Part shown: in pieces, positions 13,540-31,854 of the stretch | How positions within the stretch are numbered: the stretch's first letter is position 1 | Layout: each line of letters begins with the position of its first letter | Assembly: GCF_009914755.1 (NCBI RefSeq) | Contig: NC_060934.1 | DNA: 64,000 nucleotides | Source of the DNA: the human T2T-CHM13v2.0 reference genome, Homo sapiens | Direction: 5' to 3' (one strand) | Notes under the pieces: generated by a model | Told to the model about the DNA's origin: nothing | Seen by the model: the letters and a program-made list of their open reading frames with translations, nothing else | Databases searched by the model: none | Program-made: the position numbers and the translations under genes

Positions 13540-15320
13540 TTTTCCTAACTTCTCTGTCCTTTCAATTTTTTTCCAGTTGCTCTATCAATTACTGAAAAGG
13601 GGACCTTTAAAATTTCCAACCACAATTGTTGATTTGTCTATTTCTCCTATGTCACAATTTGCTTCATGTATCTAAAGCTCTTTTATTGGATAGATATGCA
13701 TTTATGACTGTTATATCTTCTTGACTAACTGGCCCTTTCACATTTATAAAATATCCATCTTTAATGCTGATAATACTCCTTGTCATGAAGACTATTTTTT
13801 ATGATGCTAATATAATAATTCCAGCTTTCTTACAATAATCTGCATAATATATTTTATTTCATTCTTTTACATTCAACTTATCTGTACTTTTATATTTAAT
13901 TTGCATCTTATGTGGGTAATATAGATAGGGCTTTTAAAAAATATTATCTGACACTCTGCAGTTGTAATGTTTAAGCCATTGACAATGTAATCTTTAATGA
14001 GATTGCATTTAAGTCTAGCAACTTACTAATTGTTTCTATTTTTCTTATCTCTGTTTTGGTCCTCTGTACCTCCTTTCTTGCCTTCTTTTACAGTAATTAT
14101 TTCCTTAAAATTAAATTTTAATTCTTCTGTTGGCTTTTTCACTGTATTTTACATTAACAGTTATCCTCGGGATTACAATATATATTCTAAAATTATTTTG
14201 GCTCTATTATAGTTAACATTATACCCCTACAAAAGAAAATTGAATAACCTTTCAACAGTAGGTTAGTCTAGTTGTACATAACCCTAAGCTTTTTAGTTTG
14301 TATTATTGTTCCCTTGCACTTTTTGGTTTGGTTTATTTTTAAGCAGTTTTCCTATTATGTATGTAAGTTTGGTGTTCTTTGTATTTTTTCTGTGTGGAGT
14401 TTCCTAAACTTTCTGAATCTGTAAATTGAGTATTTCACCAAATGTGAGAACTTGCCCACCTTTATTACTTCAAGCCCTTTTTGCCCCATTCTCTCTCTCT
14501 TCTCCTTATAGAACTACAATTAACATTTGTTGATTTTCTTGATGCTGTTCTATATTTCTCTGAAGTTCTCTTCATTTTTGTTAAATTTCTATTAATCTGT
14601 CTTCAAATGAGTCATGATTTTATGCTTTATTAAGTAGGATCTATAATCCTAAAGATTGTACCCTTAATCCTAGAATGTGTTGTCTTAACTCCTGTGATGT
14701 AATATTTGTTTCCAATAGAAAGTCTAAGGTACTTGGTGGCATCTCTGTACTCTATCTTATCTGAAACTCTCGTATCTCTTATCCTGTTCTCTGACACACC
14801 ATTCAGCTTTTGACCCAAAGTAGGCAATCTCTGCTTGGCCTCGTAAAGCCTTTCCCTGTGTGTGGGCAGCTCAGCTCTTGTTCAAGGATCCTGCTATGGA
14901 GGACCCACGCTGTCCAAGCCCTTGTTCAGGGAATCATGCTGTAAGACATCCATGCAGATTTCTTTGGCACTCCCCACCTGTTTCCATGTAACTTTCTCTT
15001 CTCAGCTACCCTTCTGTGCAAATTCCAACTGCCTCAGCATCCTAGAACACTTATTTTTGAATTGTCAACTCACAGAGAATGTTGCTCCACTTGGGTCCAC
15101 CTTCTCTGCTTTGTACAAGGAAAGTGCCTTCAGACAAAAAGCCACCACAATCACAAGGATCACCTTGTTTGTCTCCCTTCTCTCAAGAGTCAGCATCCTG
15201 TACTGTTTGCTGTCCAATGGCTCATATATTTTGTCTAATTTTATAGTTGTTTTCAGTGGAAGGAAACATCTAATGCCAGTTACTCTGTCACGGCTGGAAG
15301 GAGAGCACTCTGGAATTTTG
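13540..15320 (-). mobile_element. Ancient L1M fragments
   Basis: Antisense L1 ORF2-like motifs (ttgatttgtctatttctcct, ccagctttctt) in T-rich sequence. Confidence 0.55.
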
Positions 15321-17407
15321 GATAACAAATTCATTGCCACCCAAAATTCTACACCCAGTCACCATATGATTTATGTACAAGGCCAGCTGAAAGCGTTATA
15401 CTTGCTAAGACTCAGAAAACATACCACCATATGTATCTTTCCTTAACAAAAATGCAAAGCTCTGCAACCTCCAAAAATGTGCAAAAACTCAATTATATTT
15501 AAGGTAAAATATAGAAATAATAAAGAAAGGAATAGAACTTGTAAAATTTGAGTTTTTTTCTAAATAACTATTGATGTAATTATAAAATATAATGCAAAGT
15601 AGAAATTTAAACTTTGAAAGAGAAGATATGAAGTAAAAATACTGAATATTTTTATGAGACTCAATTTATGTATCATCCACACAATTTTACTAGATCCAAA
15701 ATATGTGACCTTTATCTAGCCTTCTGGCTGGAACAATCCTAATAATTTCTTATATTTTGCTGGTGGTCATGGAGTCAGATTGCCAATGCAATCATCACTG
15801 TGGTTTAAAGGGGTCCACTGTGACATCTACTTTCCGTTGTTCATATACTAACACTGCATGTTATCTGCATATTTCTGCCACACGTAACTTGTTTCCTGTC
15901 TCAAGGTTTCTCTGTTGCTGCTAAGACACAAGAGGTCATGGGACCTACCCAGCACCCACAAATGCCCAATTCAGAGTAGAGGGTGTTGAGGCTGAGTGGG
16001 GAAATCTTTCACCAATAGAATAAGGTTTCAAAGGTAACATTCTCCCTTTTTTCTTCTGGATGGATTGTTTAGAAAGGCAAAATGTTCTTACTGCTGCTCT
16101 GATGATGTCCTGTGAGAAAAAGCAATCAACTTGACATGAACCTGAGACCACTTCAGCAACACACTCACTCACATTTACTCTTTCTCCTTTTCTGCCTCAT
16201 TCCAATTTTCTTTCCCTTCTGCTTCCCTGGGATTGCATTCTCCAGCCTGACCTTTTTCTTTACAGTAAGATAATGATAACATAGATCTAAAAACTGAGGT
16301 TATATTAAAATAAAGGTGTTCTAGGGAAATAAGAAGAATGTGAACACATTTTAAAACACTTGTCATAATATGGAGGAATCAATGAATACTGTTTCATTTT
16401 TGCCATCAGTAAAAAAAAGTAGATGTTTTAAGAGAGATAAAAGTCATTGTTATGAAAATAACGTAACTTTTTGTCACTTAAAAATATATCAAAGGAAACT
16501 TGGAAAAGATAGCAAAATAGAGAATAAAAAGGGGAGAGGACAAGCAAGAAACAGCAGAAAGGAGGAAAAACAAAATACAAACTATATCATAAGAGGATAA
16601 TTTTTCTGAGTATTTACACAGTGCTCACGCTGCTCTTGAGACTGTGGATAAATGAATCAAATTGGATATAGACCGCAGTCTCTGATACTGGAAGAAACAG
16701 AAATTAAGCAAATAGTTAAATAAATAAGCGTGTAATTGCATACCACAAGATTGTCATGAGTGAAAGCCGCACTTTTATGTGAATCTATAATGGGGCTCTG
16801 ACCTAGCCTCAGTGGTTAGCAAAGGCTTCCTTCAGCCCATATTGTTCAGAGACCTGAAAGGTAACAGAAAAAGACCAGCTCAAGAGCTAGCCTATGCAGA
16901 CACCCTGGGCCTCAGCTGGAGGAACGCTCCAGCTGAAGGAAAGGCAAGGTAGCTGCAGTCCAGAGGGCCTAGGGCTGGGGAGCAGGCTTTTAGGCTGTAT
17001 ACAAGGCATTGCCAATGAGAGATTGTGAAGCCACAGACAGAGTTTAGAAAACGTAAAACCCATTAAGCAACATACCACAAATTTATTAAAAAACAAATAA
17101 ACATTCTGTTCCGATGTTGTGGAATACAAATATATAACATTAGGAATGAGGAAGAGGAGAATTTCAATTTATTATAAAATATGTATAAATAAATAATATG
17201 AAAAATAAAAATGTATTATATGTTTATGAAAAACATTATGAAATAGAAAATTTTCTAAGAAAATATGAATTATGGCAACTGACTTTTTAAGTGGAGAAAC
17301 TGCATAGTCCAATACAGCATACAAAATGGGAGGAAAGAGAAAATTGTCAAATTATCTACAAAGTTTGTTGTAGGTCTAGATGATTTGGATATAATTTTAT
17401 TCAAACT

Positions 17408-17572
<165 letters not shown>

Positions 17573-18133
17573 TGATTATAGCAAAAGCTCTTAGCAGAGT
17601 GGTTAGTTATCAAAGAAATATACAGAAAATATTTGCTAGACACCTGAAACTAACCAGTTGATAATGCAATAAACAAAAAATATCATTCAAAATTGAAACA
17701 AAAATATTTAAATATCTAAAAATGAAAACTTCAAAACTAAACAAGACCTATAAGGAGAACACTATAAAATTTTAACAAAGAACTTAAAAAAATCAAAGGT
17801 GTAGAAGGCCATCATAAGTAAAAATTAACCTTAAAAACATAAAATTAAATATTTATAAAGTAAAATGTAAATATATTAAATATATCTAATATAACATATT
17901 AATGTAAATATAATATACAACATTTTACTTATACACCAAAATGGTTGTTTGTTTGCAAATTATACAAATTTGTAAATTTTTTAAAATGGAATAGTACTGA
18001 AAAACCTAAAGGGAAAGATTAAATCTCTCAGATGATTACTATCCAGAAGTATCTACTGTTATAATTTGAAATTCTTTTCAGACACTACCACTGGCATATA
18101 CTTACCTACATGTACATGGTAGCTGTGTGATAG

Positions 18134-18482
<349 letters not shown>

Positions 18483-18934
18483 AATTCTTCTTTTTAAACC
18501 AACAATATATCCAGAACATCTTTCCATGCAAGCAACTGTAGATCTACCCCATTATTTTAATGGCTGCATGTTATTCTATTGCATTCTGTTATTGATAGCC
18601 ATCTAGATTGGTTAAATTTTTCAGTATTTTAAACATTACTGCAATGAATAACTTTTGCCTCAGTGCCTTGCATAGGCCACACATGTAATAAACAGAGTGG
18701 ACAGCAGTCAGACTCACAAAGCCCAGACTCTTAAACCCTCTAAACTTCTGTGATGATCTACTGAAGGAAAGGAGATTTTAGACTAAGAGTTATGGCAATC
18801 TTTGCAATTCTGGTGACTTTAAGTGACTTCATTATAAACAAAATTAAAATACAAATGGCAAACTTAGAAGAAATAATTGCATTATAAAAGGTTAATAATG
18901 TTGATATGAGTTTTAATTAGGACATGCTCAAGGT

Positions 18935-19930
18935 ATACTTTAATCAGAGTAGGTCAGGGTATGCTGTGGAAGCAAATTTCAATGACTTAGTAGAACAAAA
19001 GTTTGTGGGGGTTTTGCCCTCATTAATGATGCGTATCCAACATGTATTGGTGAGGGGCTTTGCTCCACAAAGTCACTCAGGAGACCAGGTTGACAGACAT
19101 TCAATGATCTTTGGATGTCACACCAAGTAACCAGTGCATGTCATCCTGGATCACTGTAGAAGAAACAAGAGAGTGTGGAAAATGGAAACCTGCTCTTAAA
19201 TGCTTTGGCCACCTCGCCTCACAGCCCTTGGCTAGAACTCACTGCATGATCCTGCTTAACTGCAAGGGGCCTGGGAAAGTATGTTCCTCCCAAGTGTTCA
19301 GAAAGAAAAGAGAACCAAATGTTAATGAGCATTGAAAACCTCCATCACAATCTGTTTTTCTAGTCATCAAGTACTCAACTAATTCTTCCACAAAACGAAA
19401 CAAAACAGAATAACCTCTTTACCTAGGATGAAATCCTTAAGCAACCTCCAGTCACTGAATCCAAATACAATCCTGGGTCTCAAGGTGAGGGCAATAGTCT
19501 CTCCATCAGACCGGTCTCCTCTTGGTCCTCGGTCCTATTAATGGCAAAGACAAGTCATTTGCCTTCCACCTGCATCATCATACAGTGGTGAAATGGGCCG
19601 GTTCACAGCATTCATCGCTCCATTTGGAATGAAGAAGGATGGAGACACAGAATCACCAGTAATTCTGAACTACAAAATCACCAGCAATTCTAAACACAGT
19701 GTCTGACCTGGGCAGACACTGTGATGCCTGGGAGGACTGGTGTAGAGGGGAGCTCCTGGCAAACCCTCACTCTGCTGTCACAGAAGGGCTCTCCTGTCCC
19801 TTATTCTGTAGCTCTTAGTTCTGCCTTCCAGACATTCTCCTTGGTCATATCTGAAGTAGGAGTTGCAGAATATGTCCTCCTTGGGACCTGAACAACTTTC
19901 TCAGAACACTTCTAGCTTACAGATCATTAG
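18935..19930 (-). mobile_element. Old MLT1 LTR plus adjoining MaLR internal remnant
   Basis: Degenerate MLT1J/K-like motifs (ggctagaactcactgcatg...aactgcaagggg); LTR ends about 19349. Confidence 0.5.
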
Positions 19931-20278
19931 AATTAGATTTTCCAAACTGGGTAATTCAATAAAATGTTATTCCAGGAAAAGATACTTTCCCTCCTTAGAA
20001 TAATTTTGATGCCAATTAATAATAAATTACTCTTTTTTTAACCCATATCATTTGTAACAGGGAAAATTCAAAGCAATCTAAATTCAAAACAATCTCAACA
20101 TTCAATAATAGGGAACTTATTAAATTAATTAATGTACATGCATGAGTCTATTGTACATCTGTGTAAATCTATGTGTCTATTGTACATCTATGTGTCTATT
20201 ATTATTATTAAACAATAGGGATTATGAAGCTGTCTATGTGATGCTATCTTTTCAATGAAAAAGAATGAAGAAAAGAAA

Positions 20279-21365
20279 CTGCAGTCTGCCCTGAGCAGCT
20301 CCATTTCTGCAGAGAAGTTCCCTTCACCGCATCCGTCTTCTGCCAAACTGAAGGTTGCTCCAGGCCACTGAGTTGCCTGCCATCCAAAGGGGGTGGGCGG
20401 GATTGGAAGGAGGCTGTGGCAGCTCTGTTCCCTGTTCACCTCCCCCTGCCAGGGAAGGCAGTACCCTCTCTGCCAAGGGCCCTCTGTGTATTCCCTTCTC
20501 TCTGAGGAATTGAAATTTTTGTCTCTGGTGCACGTAAAGCAGAATGTTCCCTGACACCAGTGTGTGGATTTTTAACATCGCCGTGAGTCTGAAAGGACCA
20601 CAGGTTTTTCTGCAGCTATTTTCTAGCATTTGCCAGTCCCTGTGCCTGGACTGATTTGAATACTTTGTTTCTCTCCCTGTACCATTTACCCTCCCACCTT
20701 TCCATCCTGCCTCCTACCACCCTTGGATAAATGGATTTTGTAATTCTAGCTGTTGTATTTTGTGGATTTGTTATTTTTGTTGTTTTTCTGTGAAGCACAT
20801 ACATTGGAAATGGGAGGTAAAGAGTGTCCCAGTTGCTCCTGGTCACTCCCTTTATAGCCATTACTGTCTTGTTTCTTGTAACTCAGGTTAGGTTTTGGTC
20901 TCTCTTGCTCCACTGCAAACAAACAAACAAACAAAAATCCTGAAGAGATGAGATAGGAGGAAAGACCTCACAGCCGTCTGCTGGGTTTGAGGGAGTGATT
21001 TTCTTCCTTCCCTTTGAAGGGGAGAAAGCTATTTTCACTGGTACATTTAAAGTCCCCCAACTATGGGGAGGTACCAATTCTGGACAAGTGCCACTGCAAC
21101 AACACTAAACCTGAACTTTTCAACTCTGTTGAAGGTGGGAAGGCAGCGGGCAGAAATCTACTATTGGCCACTGCCAGGTCTGTTTCATATTTCAAAGGAA
21201 TATTGGGTGCTGCAAATAGGAACTGAAGGGGTAAATGTATTAAACCTGTGATTATTTGATGTTTTCCTGCCATTTTAAGAAATTAAATGTTGGGGGCAGA
21301 TATCAAAATACTTGTACAATTTTAAAATGTCACAAGTAAACCTGAGCTGGTTTCCAAAAAAAAAA
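20279..21365 (+). pseudogene. EI24P: 5'-truncated processed pseudogene of EI24 (last 30 codons, 3'UTR and poly(A))
   Basis: 20279-20371 translates [30 protein letters not shown], matching the recalled EI24 C-terminus [30 protein letters not shown]; ~1 kb UTR-like sequence ending in poly(A); A-rich degenerate TSD; pseudogene number not assigned. Confidence 0.88.
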
Positions 21366-21879
21366 GAAAGAAAGAAAATAAAATCTAGAAATGTCTTCAT
21401 AATTGACTAGAAATCTCTTTAAAACTGACCTCTTTTTAACTCTGTGAAGTGGGCTAAGGTTTGCTTAGTTGTTTTTGTTTTCTTCCGTTTCTTTATACTT
21501 ATCTGTAAAATCTAATGTTTTTGTGGTAAATATAAATTTATTGTGTAAAATACAAATATTTGAATGTAAGGAATTTTCAAAAATTCTTCTGTCACCTTGA
21601 ATGTATTGACAAAGTCTATGAATGCCTCAGTAGATCCCATGTTGTGTAATTAGTACGACAACTTCTACAGAAACACATGATATATTGGGTTCTCAAGTGA
21701 CTACATGGAATGCTTGACCATTTAGCTAGTTAAAGACTCCCCTGCTCTTGGAAAGCATGTGGTGTGTGTGCCTGTGTGTAAGAGAGAGAGGGAGGTGGGG
21801 CAGTGGGAAAGGAGTGACAGAGACTAAGCTTGCACATTTTAACAGGTGTTAGACATTTCCCCAGGAGGTAAGGTCCTGC

Positions 21880-22110
21880 AGTGTGCTATGGTGAAAAGAT
21901 GGTAGGGGCTGAAATAATAAGTAAGTTACAGACAGCTCAAGCTCTATGCTTGAAAGCAACCTTAACATGGGTTATTCCTTCAATCTATCCAAGATTCTAT
22001 TTTATCTCCTATAAAATCATGACACGTAATAATAACTGCCTGACAGGGTTTGGGTGAGAACCAGAGGTGATGACGCAGTTGAAAACATCTTGTAATCTGT
22101 AAATTACCTT
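21880..22110 (+). mobile_element. MIR remnant
   Basis: Degenerate core (ttttatctcctataaaat...aataataactgcctgacagggtt). Confidence 0.55.
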
Positions 22111-22285
22111 ACCTAAGGATTCATTTCTACTCCTTCTAGTCTCCTTAGCAAATACCACAGGGCTTAGCACACAGGAGGCACTCAATTAATACTAAAAATT
22201 GCTTCTTTATAGATTTTAGAGGACCTAAATAATGCCAAAATCCAACAAATAAAACCATATAAAATCAGGTTATTGACGTTTCTGT

Positions 22286-27207
<4,922 letters not shown>

Positions 27208-28020
27208 AATAATAGAGATCCCCTCTTTACTCAGTTTACCCAAGTGGTAACATCTTACAAAATATAGTACAATATCACAACCAGAATATTCATTTTAATA
27301 TAATCTACTGATCTTACTTAGATTTTCCGAGCTTTACTTGTGTGTGTGTGTGTGTGTGTGCGCACATGTATTTCTACAAAATGTTATCACATGTGTAAGT
27401 TCATATATCTACCAGCATAGTCAACAAATCGAATAGTTCTGTCGCCGCAAGTATTCCTTGTGTTGCCTTTTTCTCCTCTCTCACACCTGCCCCCTGCAAC
27501 CTTTAATGATTGGCACTTTTTCACTTAGGAAAATTCCCTAGAGTTTCATCCAAGTTGGTGTATGCATCAATAATATCCTCCTTTTTGTTGTTAAGAAGTA
27601 TTCTATGGTATAAACATACCACAGTTTGTTTAACCATTCACCTATAGAACTATACCTTGATTGTTTTGCATTTGGGGATATTAAAAATAAGGTCATTACA
27701 AATCTTTGTGTACAGACTTTTGTACAAGAAAAATTTTCATTTTTCTGAGATAAATGCCCCAAAGTGCAATTGTTGGGTCATGTGGTAATTGCATGTTGAG
27801 TTCTATAAAAAACTGTGGAACTGTTTTCAGAGTGGATGTAACATTTAACATTCCCACCAGCAATGTATGAGTCATCAAGCATCTCTTCTTCCTCATCAGC
27901 ATTTGGCATTGTCACTATTTCTTATTTTAGGCATCTATAGGTGTGCATTTCGGTTTCCATTTAAATTTCCGTGATGTTTAATGATGCTGAACTTATTTCA
28001 CATACTTATTTGCCCTCTGA
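27208..28020 (-). mobile_element. L1MC1-like 3' end containing (TG)n
   Basis: ggtaacatcttacaaaatatagtacaatatcacaaccag matches recalled L1MC1 3' end antisense; (TG)n 27339-27360. Confidence 0.7.
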
Positions 28021-28799
28021 TTTTTCTCTCTTTTTCAGTTCTTGCCTTTCTGTGAGTTGCTTGAACACTTTTTAGAAGTCATTCTTGACTCATTTATTGT
28101 GTTTCATGTATATTGGTGTGTGTAGTTTTGTTGTGGTTGCTCTGTGTGTTACAATATACACTTATGACTTATCACAGTCTACTGGTGTCAGTGTTTTGCC
28201 ACTTGAATTGAAGTATGGAAACCTTACTTCCATTTAGGTCACTTCATCTACCCCACTTGTAAATATCATTGTCTTGAGCATTAGGATTGTAATTTTTATT
28301 TCAATCTTGCATATGACTTATGAAACTTGTGAGGACAGTCTATTTGATTTATCCATATACAGTATCTGTCCTTTCTATTGTTCTTTCTTCTTTCTTAATG
28401 CTCTGAAATTCTTTCTTTTATAATTTCCTTTCGTTTTGAAGAAATTCCTCTAGCCATTCTTAAGGATATTTTGTGAATGACCCTAACTAGCTCACCTTCT
28501 GTTGTTAGGTTAGGGGTTGAGAGACACCTGGCCCGTGTCTCATTCTGTCATTGGGTGGGGAGTGTCAAGATGCCCACCACTATGTTGTTCCTCCTGTCCT
28601 GGGGCCCCCAACTAGCCCACCTTCCTCTATTCAGAGTTCTCTTTTGGTTACTTCTTGCACTGTTTCCAGGGTTGTAGTTGTACTTAGCAGAGAGGAGCAG
28701 GAGAAATGATTTTATGCCATCTTTATGCCCTCAGCATCACTTTTGAACCAAATCTTTAATTGGCAGTGTGTAGGACAAAGAAGAGTTACAGAGCATTTT

Positions 28800-29060
28800 G
28801 TTTGTTTTCTTCACATGTGTGTATGTATTCATTTGTGAATCAATAACAAATCCTTAAAATCAGAAGCATCCTCATAAAAGTCTACATTTCTGGATTCTCT
28901 GAGAAAATCTAATCTGGTCACCTGGGCCTGAACTTGGCAACAGCCAGCAGCAGGTGAGTAGGAGCATCCCTCCTCTGACCCGGCACCTGCACCACTCTCC
29001 TCTTTAGGTCCAGCTTCTTGAGCCATTTAAATCACCAGTCTGGCTCCTTGAGTTAACAAA
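28800..29060 (+). mobile_element. MER102-like hAT-Charlie remnant
   Basis: atttctggattctctgagaaaatctaatctggtcacctgggcc. Confidence 0.5.
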
Positions 29061-29411
29061 CCCTGACTTAGTCCACTAATGAAATCATAAGACTTTATAA
29101 CTGCATTATACAAACACTTTCACATACATTCTTTTATTTAATTCTCACCATAAAAAACTGGCACTATTTAATCCCAATTCTAAATAATAGGTTCTGTTAC
29201 TATCGTTCTATAGCTAAGGAGACTGGATTTCAGAATAAGGATATAACTTACCAAGGTCGTGGGGCTAATTAGTGGCAGAGTTGAGATTCCACCCTCATCT
29301 TCTGACACCAAGTCCAGTGCTCTTTACTTTCCTCCTACAGCAGACAAAAACCATGGAGGTGTCCCATAAATAATGCCACAAATCATCAATCTGCATTGCT
29401 TTCACACGTGA

Positions 29412-29832
<421 letters not shown>

Positions 29833-29962
29833 AGTTTTTGTTAATAATAGATATGAATTAATTAGAAAGGTCATATTCAAGATAATAGATATTAATTAAT
29901 TTAGAAAGATCATATTCAGGCTTACCTACCATACCCTGGGGGTACTCTACTCTACCGAGTGC

Positions 29963-30107
29963 AGGCAGAATAGCTAGCCTGTAATCCTAGCTACTCTGGG
30001 GGTGCTGAGGCAGGTGGAGTGCTTGAGCCCATGAGTTCAAGACTACAGTTAGCTAGGATGGTACAACCGTACACCAGCCTGGGTGACAGAGCGAGACTTC
30101 ATCTCTA
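29963..30107 (+). mobile_element. Alu monomer (FLAM/FAM-like)
   Basis: gcctgtaatcctagctac...cttgagcccatgagttcaag...cagcctgggtgacagagcgagac. Confidence 0.75.
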
Positions 30108-31115
30108 GTATATATATAAAGGTTGAGGCAGACTGCTTTACTGACACTGAGGTTGGTGGGATGGGTATAAACAAACTGCAACACATGTTCCCCTATCCGT
30201 AGTAATTCTAAATCTAGTCTAGGAGCTTAAACTAGCACACTTTCAAACAATCAGAAAAAAAATGTTACAATAATGGGAAAAAATCTCATTTGTATGGGTT
30301 TGCATGGAGAAGAGCTATTGGAGTGCAGGGAAAGTTGAGACACTTAAGACTTAATGATTTATTCTGTAGTATCTATTTCCTATAAAAGAATGACCTTTGA
30401 TAAAAACCACTGGGAGAAGAGAAGGAACCAGAAGCATCTTAGAAACACCATGAATAATGGTTCCTTGGGCATGATTTTTCTGGTGTCATTGCTACAAGCC
30501 CAGCCCAATGACAGGTTTTCCTGAGGGGTAGATAAAGAATAACACAATCCTTGCAACCATGCAGCCAGCACAAACTAAAAATAAGCATCAAGGCTCAGAC
30601 AGACAAGATCCAATGTTCTTCCCAAGTAGGGAAGCAGTCTGCTTGAGCAGGATGAGAGGAAAGAAAGCAGGTGAAGCATTAGAAGGAACAACAATCAAGC
30701 AAACTCCAGGGGCACTGTTGTTTTGAATTATGGCTACAAATTCTGGGATACTCCTTCCTATGTTCAATTCCCTTGAAATTGCAGGCTTGTGACCACTTCA
30801 ACCAATAGATTATGACAGCAGGGGTGCAGGGTGACTTCCAAGGCTAGGCCATAGTGGCTGTGCTCAAGCACTTATTCCTGGTGTCCTGAGATGCCACACT
30901 GGATGGGCCTCACATGGGCACAGTCAAGCCCCAGCTGAGCCCAGCCTCCAGCCATTTCTGCCCAAGTGTCAGACATGGAGAGGTTTCCAGAGAATTCCAG
31001 CCCCCAGCCATTCTAATCACCCCCCCGCTAACTATTCAAGTCTTTCCAGCTGAGACCTTAGATATCATAGAGCAAAGAAAATCCATGCAGGCTGCATCCT
31101 CTCTAAATTCCCATT

Positions 31116-31854
31116 TGTTGCATTTGTTTGGAGGCCTCAGGCGGTCCCAGTTAACCAGCTTTCTCAGGGTGACTTTTCCCCTTGGGTCTCATTCACAACA
31201 AAGATGAGTCTTAGGCAGTGTCTGATGTTCACACAGTTTATGCTGGCAGTGCTCTCACAGCATGAACAACAGGAACAGGCCAGTGGCACAGGCCAGATAC
31301 AGTCAGGGGTCCGAGGACCTCCAGACTGAGAGATTCTCCATACAGAAACCAATTTCAGAGTTTGGGAGATTCTTCCCCATTTCTTATTCCTGTGTTCAAT
31401 CCAAGTCAGTTACCAGGTATTTCTTTCATAAAGGGAATCTAAGCTGTTCTTGTAAGGGGAAGCTTTATTTTAAGGTTCATGATAGTTGGATCTGTGCTGA
31501 GGTGGTCTTGCCTCCTGGAAATCTCCAGTCTAGGCTGCATGACACTGCTAAGTGACACATAGGGTAGGCCCTACAAGATATTTGCAAGGGCCTTATGGCT
31601 GTCATTATTCTTATAGTCACAATATGTCTATTATAGTATACTATAATCTAAGCTGTTCTTGTAAGGGGAAGCTTTATTTTAAGGTTCATGATAGTTGGAT
31701 CTGTGCTGAGGTGGTCTTGCCTCCTGGAAATCTCCAGTCTAGGCTGCATGACACTGCTAAGTGACACATAGGGTAGGCCCTACAAGATATTTGCAAGGGC
31801 CTTATGGCTGTCATTATTCTTATAGTCACAATATGTCTATTATAGTATACTACA
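31116..31854 (-). mobile_element. ERV solo LTR (family unassigned) nested in MLT1
   Basis: TG...CA termini (tgttg...ctaca), near-TSD catt/cata, sits between the MLT1 halves. Confidence 0.55.
31436..31852. repeat. Perfect tandem duplication, period 209 bp
   Basis: Copy 1 31436-31644, copy 2 31645-31852; no mismatch seen; identical peptides in ORF track. Confidence 0.97.

Noticed and set aside
31436-31852. CRISPR-like array or duplicated small gene
   Set aside because: Only two contiguous copies with no spacers, in a mammalian LTR context; the ORFs are incidental.
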